Source: Amphiscolops sp. MND2022 | Taxonomy: Eukaryota | Assembly: GCA_964187785.1 (NCBI GenBank) | Contig: OZ076409.1 | Span: forward strand, 33,544,001-33,608,000 | Direction of reading: 5' to 3' | DNA length: 64,000 nt | Part shown: piece after piece, positions 59,325 to 64,000 of the stretch | How the letters are laid out: each line of letters begins with the position of its first letter | Position numbering within the stretch: position 1 is the stretch's first letter | The notes under the pieces: generated by a model | Told to the model about the DNA's origin: nothing | What the model saw: only the letters and a program-made list of their open reading frames with translations | Database searches by the model: none | Made by a program: the position numbers and the translations under genes

Positions 59325-59798
59325 ATGCGAAGATTTAATCTTGCTAGACAACCTTTCATCATCGATGGAGCAGATTCTGGAGACTCAGATAATTCAGTTA
59401 CCTACATCTCGAGTGGCGATCCCGATTCATCGGACGTATGGGAATCCTACTGCTCCACAGACACAGAGCAAGAAGTAGCCCGCATCGAAAGAGAGGTCAT
59501 CGCCAGCCCAATATTGATCGGTGGGCGGATAATGACTGTGGAAGACGAGCAAGAGGAGTTCCTTGCCCCAGTTCCAGCGGACAACTAGATGTGGTTATAT
59601 ATGTGCCGGTCTACCCCACGAGATGATCCAGAACAGATAACGAGGCTCAGAAGGGAGGCATTCGAAAACGGGCTCAATACCGGCTGTATTCTCTTGATAA
59701 CACCCGCAGTGTCACAGGCGGCAGCTTGTGACGGTACAGCTATACCAACTACCGCAAGAGACCAGGAGATTATCCCAGGTACTTTGCCGACATTTTAA
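59325..59798 (+). pseudogene. Extra sense ORF of element B, running into the 3' LTR
   Basis: ORFs 59325-59588 and 59589-59798 in one frame; LRREAFENGLNTGCILLITPAVSQAAACDG is homologous to the element A ORF. Confidence 0.65.
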
Positions 59799-61488
59799 AT
59801 ACAAACTAGCAAACATTTATTAAAACTCATATGCATTTTACTATATTTATCTTTTTATAGTTTTGTACCTTAACGGAAATCGTATTAGCCTGTTAATAGT
59901 ACAGTTTGGCAAATCCAAATCAAATTGCTAAATCTAATTGAAAGGCGCGGTAGCAGTGAATCAAACCAATGTGAGTTGAGTACAAGTATACGACAGTAAA
60001 GGAAACGTGTTCAAGTGACGCTATATGCTACTCTGAAAGCGTCAATTGAGCACGGAACATCATCCAATCAAAATGCTTCGTTTCCAGTAATAATAATGCT
60101 TTCATCTAGTGATGGTCGAATAAGGCCTGTTGGCTCAATATGGTTGTTTTTAATCAGTACTCTAGTCGAACGGCCGGTTCCAGCTATTTTGTGTAAGGTG
60201 AAGCTGTGATACCAATTATCTTTATAATTGACCAGTATTATTGTGTTTGCGCTTCTTGTACCAAATAACCCTTTTTGTGCAGTATTATCCATTATTACTC
60301 TAGATTTAGAATTAAGAGACGGCCAAGACCATTTGACTATTTTTTGCCGATGGCCATTCAAGATTAGGGATTTGGCCTATTCCGGCCATTTTGTGGAAAC
60401 TGCGTTTGCTCTGATCTTATTATAGTAGTAAACTGATAAACTGGATTGTGCCGAAATGTTACATTAGCTTATGCATGTACTATTAAATTTTCACACCTTG
60501 TTAAATTCTTCAGTGTTTGCGTGGTGGCACGCGTCAACATCGCATTCCGATGATATAACACTGCATTCCGTTGATAGCTAGTGATATTTGTTGACACTCT
60601 AGTGTATATGTTTTCAATGATAATTTGTTTGAAGTTGCAGTTTAAACTAAATACCTCTTGAAATGTTGCTTGTAAACTTCCCAAAATATGTAGAATATCG
60701 GGAAAGTATTTTAAGGTCATGTAGCAAGTGATATTGTACGAATGAGAAGAATGTGACAGTCATGCCTTAGTGGGTATAAATACTCATCACTCACTTGGTC
60801 GAGACACGACATTGTAAACTCAAACTGAAAGACGATTCCTCCAAACTCACCAAACATAGTTTTCCGATCTGAAGAAATTCAAAGATTATTACTCGGATTT
60901 TCTCAATGCCTACTACCAGAAAACAAAAGAAAGCTAGGAAGTCAAGAAGACAAGAGATGCTTTCTGAGATTGAGAATCTAGACATAATGCTTGGTGAAAA
61001 CCATTTTGATACAATAGAAAGAGAAGAAAGTTTAAATAGCAATCTTTCTAGAAGGCCTGAAAAAGAAGATAGCAATAACTTTGAAAACGATGATGAAAAT
61101 ACGTATCTGAATTCAGGAGTTATCAACCCAGGTATTAACGCCAATTACGGTCGAAACTCAGTTAGTGCCAACTCTAGTGCTGAGAATAAAAGATTGTCAA
61201 GTGAATTGAACTCGAGGATATCTAGGGAAATGGATGAGATGATGAACAGTGTCAGAGACCAAATCCAAAGGGCCATTAACGATGCTATTTTCAATCAGGT
61301 TTTACCCCAGATTGAAAATGTCATCATGGCCGGTTCAGGATATTAGACCAAGAAAGGATGGAACGTTCCGACCGAGGGCCCTGAAACTAATACCGAAGTT
61401 CTGCGAAATGAAAAGGCCAGAAATAATTCGAAAAGTGAGCTTGTCCAAAACGGTTTCAGTGACGGAGCCATAGATAATCCTTACGACA
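59710..61488 (+). repeat. 3' LTR of element B (1779 bp)
   Basis: TGTCACAGG...TTACGACA; roughly 90% identical to the 5' LTR by eye; contains a gag N-terminal copy (60906-61346). Confidence 0.92.
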
Positions 61489-61493
61489 GTATT

Positions 61494-64000
61494 GGACGTT
61501 CGCGATTGATCGAGGCTATTCGTTTCCTTCATGTTGACAAAAAGTGAAATTGTTCGGATTGAAGAAGTTGAGGAAAGCGGAGAAATAACCACTGTGTAAC
61601 GGTTTTCTCAGAAATGGTCCCACTAAAAAGATGCCCTCTGCTGTGCTTACGGGTCTCAATTTTGTACCCGAGATGGATGTACTGTCAGCCAAACGTTTTC
61701 CTTCCAGCTGTTTGCAACATAGCTATTGATCCGTTGTTATAGTCTAGCTGAATTGGCTAAAGAACTAGATAGACGAAAGAAGATGAAGTGTGAGAAACTG
61801 TATTGTATGGCGTAACTGTCTGTATTGGCAGATTGTTTTCTTTTGCCACTTTTACTATTTTTGACAGGTTGTTAATAAATAGTGTAATTAAATTTTTTCA
61901 CACTTTTGTTTTAGCAAGCTGTACAACAAGTGCTCTACCACACTCCCCTCTCTAGAATAGGAGGTGAAGGGGGAACGATTTACAAAGTACTTCAAGAATC
62001 TCAAAATAGCGCCATAGGGTTAATGGTACTCACACTCAGTTTATAAATTACCACAAAAGCAACGACTAGCTCAAGGGTACAATTTGGCTAGTTTAACTAA
62101 AAGACAATTTATTGATTTCGATAAGTAGAACCAACTGTGTTTAAAAGTTTGGTACGTTAGCACTGGTTAAATGTTTGTTTTAAAAGTTTTCAGCTTTCTG
62201 TGCCAGTTTTTCTTTCGGGTTAGGAATTTCCATCACGCTGGGGAGGCTTTCTTCTTCATTGGCAGAGTCTGGTTCGATCTTTGCTATCATGACATTGTTG
62301 CCCCATCTGTCGGGCTTTTTTGTTACTCCTGATGAGGTTCGGGATTTCTCCCATTTCACTGTGCCTTGGATTGGCGTAGATTCAAGAGATTACTTTTCGG
62401 CACTTTCTATTTCATCTTCGCTGTTTGCGGTTTGATCTTATTGATCTTTGTGTGTCTTTCTTCGTTGTCCTGTTGTTCCTTCACAGGCGGGATTGTTGTC
62501 TTTTCTTCTTCTTCATGATGTGGTGATTTGTTTTCTTCCACTTGTTTTTGGTGGCTAATTCCCATCTCTTGACCTATTGCTGTTTTTAGCTTCTTAGCCA
62601 CTTTATTCGATTTTGCCTCTTTTTTCCTTTTTGCCATTTTGTTCGCGTTTGCCTTCTTGCTTGGACTTGCTAGCTTACTTCCTGCTGCCGCGTCTCTTTT
62701 TGAGTAGATAACTTGATGGCCTGTTTTAGGTAAAACAGTAATGGTGTGGCTTGACTCTCCCACAATCTTTCTCTTTACCTTTTTGAAGGCGCCTTCTAGC
62801 TTGGTCCCTCTGACTCTCTCCCTGACCAAGATGGTTGAGTCTGCCTCTTCACTAAAAACTTCGGGTTCTATTTCAATTTGTGGGTCTTGTTCTAAAATAC
62901 ATTTTTCTATCATTCGTGATTTTTCCGTATTTGGTTTTCTTCCATTTTGTTTCTCGAATGCAGATTTACCGTCTGGTCCCTTTTCTGATCTTAATGCGAA
63001 CAAGATATTTGAAATGCCATTTTTGTCTTTTGAGATTAATATTTTTTCGTTCGTTCTTAGCCTTTCGTTTATTGTTCTAATCATTCGTTCTACTTTTCCG
63101 TTCCCCCGGTAGTCTCTTACCGGGCAAATGACATGTTCTATCAGTTTTTCTTTACAAAATGTTTTGAACTTTTCGCTTTTGAATGCGGTTCCAGGGACTG
63201 TCCGGACTCTTTTTGGTATACCGTTTTTTGATATGTACTCTACTAAAAATTCGATAACCTTATCCGCCGTGGGATTCGGTAAAAATAGCGCATCTGGCCA
63301 TCCCGAGTGATTGTCAACTGATACAAGTAAGTATTTTTTCTTTAAATTGGCGTTTTGGAAGGGGCCGGCAAAATCAAGAGAAACTTCGTCATTCGGCTGA
63401 TTTGCTTGTGGTAACTTTCCGAATTCTTTTTGAGATTTTATACACTTGAAATTCTTACCTGCTTCTCGGCATTCGCTACAATTTCTCGCCTTGTTGATAA
63501 TTTCTCTATGGATGCGAGGCCACCAGACGTCTGAGGCCTCCCTCAGCATTGCGTCACGTCCTGCGTGGCCAAAGTGTATGGCCCGGAGCATATTCTCCCG
63601 CATATCTTTGGGGATAATGAGGCGGTGGTCCATATATAAAAGACCGTTCGAATCCACAGAAAAGGAATTAAAATTTTCCCTCCACGGTGGGGGTAATCGA
63701 GCAATTACAGCTGTATTTTTATTTAGGACGAGATTGATTACTTTTTGAATTGTCCGATCGTTTTCAGCAATCGCTTTTACGTAGACCGAGCTAATTTTTG
63801 ATTTTGTCAAATCTTTGGCTTCTGCCATTTCAATTAGTTGTTTGTCAACTGCTTTCTCTTTTTCAATTTTGCTGTCTATTTGCATAGGCGCTTGGATTGA
63901 CAAAACTTTGTTTGCTTGCGTATGCTGAACTTTCCTACTTTCCTGCGATTTGATTGGCTTACGCCAATCTGCCAATCGCTTCGTTTCTGGCGTGATCTCT
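61494..64000 (-). mobile_element. Third Gypsy element (3' part), minus strand, continuing beyond the window
   Basis: Integrase ORF, PPT AGAGAGGGGAG (61943-61953), and 3' LTR starting TGTGGTAG at 61942 and running left toward element B. Confidence 0.8.
62407..63975 (-). pseudogene. Gypsy integrase (HHCC + rve); second catalytic Asp mutated to Val
   Basis: IHFGHAG...CSEC, SLDFAGPF, RTVPGTAF (GTC at 63196-63198 where GAC is expected), NGKVERMIRT. Confidence 0.88.

Larger units (their letters stand above)
37341..61488 (+). mobile_element. Gypsy/Ty3 LTR retrotransposon B, full length (~15.5 kb after removing the nested BEL), decayed
   Basis: LTRs 37341-39075 and 59710-61488 (TGTCG...CGACA); aged 5-bp TSD GTAAT/GTATT; PBS; gag-pol. 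Confidence 0.92.

Noticed and set aside
60906..61473. Start of another tandem Gypsy element
   Set aside because: The gag-like ORF is part of the 3' LTR of B; similarity ends exactly at CGACA, followed by the TSD rather than a PBS.
25335..61488. DIRS/tyrosine-recombinase interpretation of elements A and B
   Set aside because: Direct TG...CA LTRs, PBS, TSD and a DDE integrase are present; no tyrosine recombinase motif was seen.
1..64000. tRNA or rRNA genes
   Set aside because: None recognised; only tRNA-complementary primer-binding sites.

Overview
Repeat-dense eukaryotic (probably invertebrate animal) DNA with a 200-N scaffold gap at 24239-24438; it is not prokaryotic. (1) 1-14497: the right-hand 14.5 kb of a decayed Maverick/Polinton (adintovirus-like), ending in TACTACT. 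It encodes a cysteine protease, minor capsid, pVI-like protein, two different A32/FtsK ATPases, rve integrase, major capsid, protein-primed PolB and a membrane protein, and is peppered with a GC-rich AGCTTCGCG micro-repeat that sits in-frame inside genes. (2) 14.5-24.2 kb: a multi-exon BEN-domain gene, a near-identical 3.5 kb tandem duplication, Helentron-type non-autonomous elements, a MITE and a minisatellite. (3) 25.3-64 kb: a nest of LTR retrotransposons. Two related but divergent large Gypsy elements (A 25335-37060, B 37341-61488) have ~1.7 kb LTRs, with gag starting ~600 nt inside the LTR and reading through the PBS. Between pol and the 3' LTR both carry an antisense, intron-containing gene resembling a hAT transposase (BED-type Zn finger), plus a conserved sense ORF that runs into the 3' LTR. 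This retrotransposon architecture is the best candidate for an undescribed system. B contains a young, intact BEL/Pao element (41443-50121) and abuts the LTR of a third, minus-strand Gypsy element. All family assignments come from motif recognition by eye; no database searches were run.
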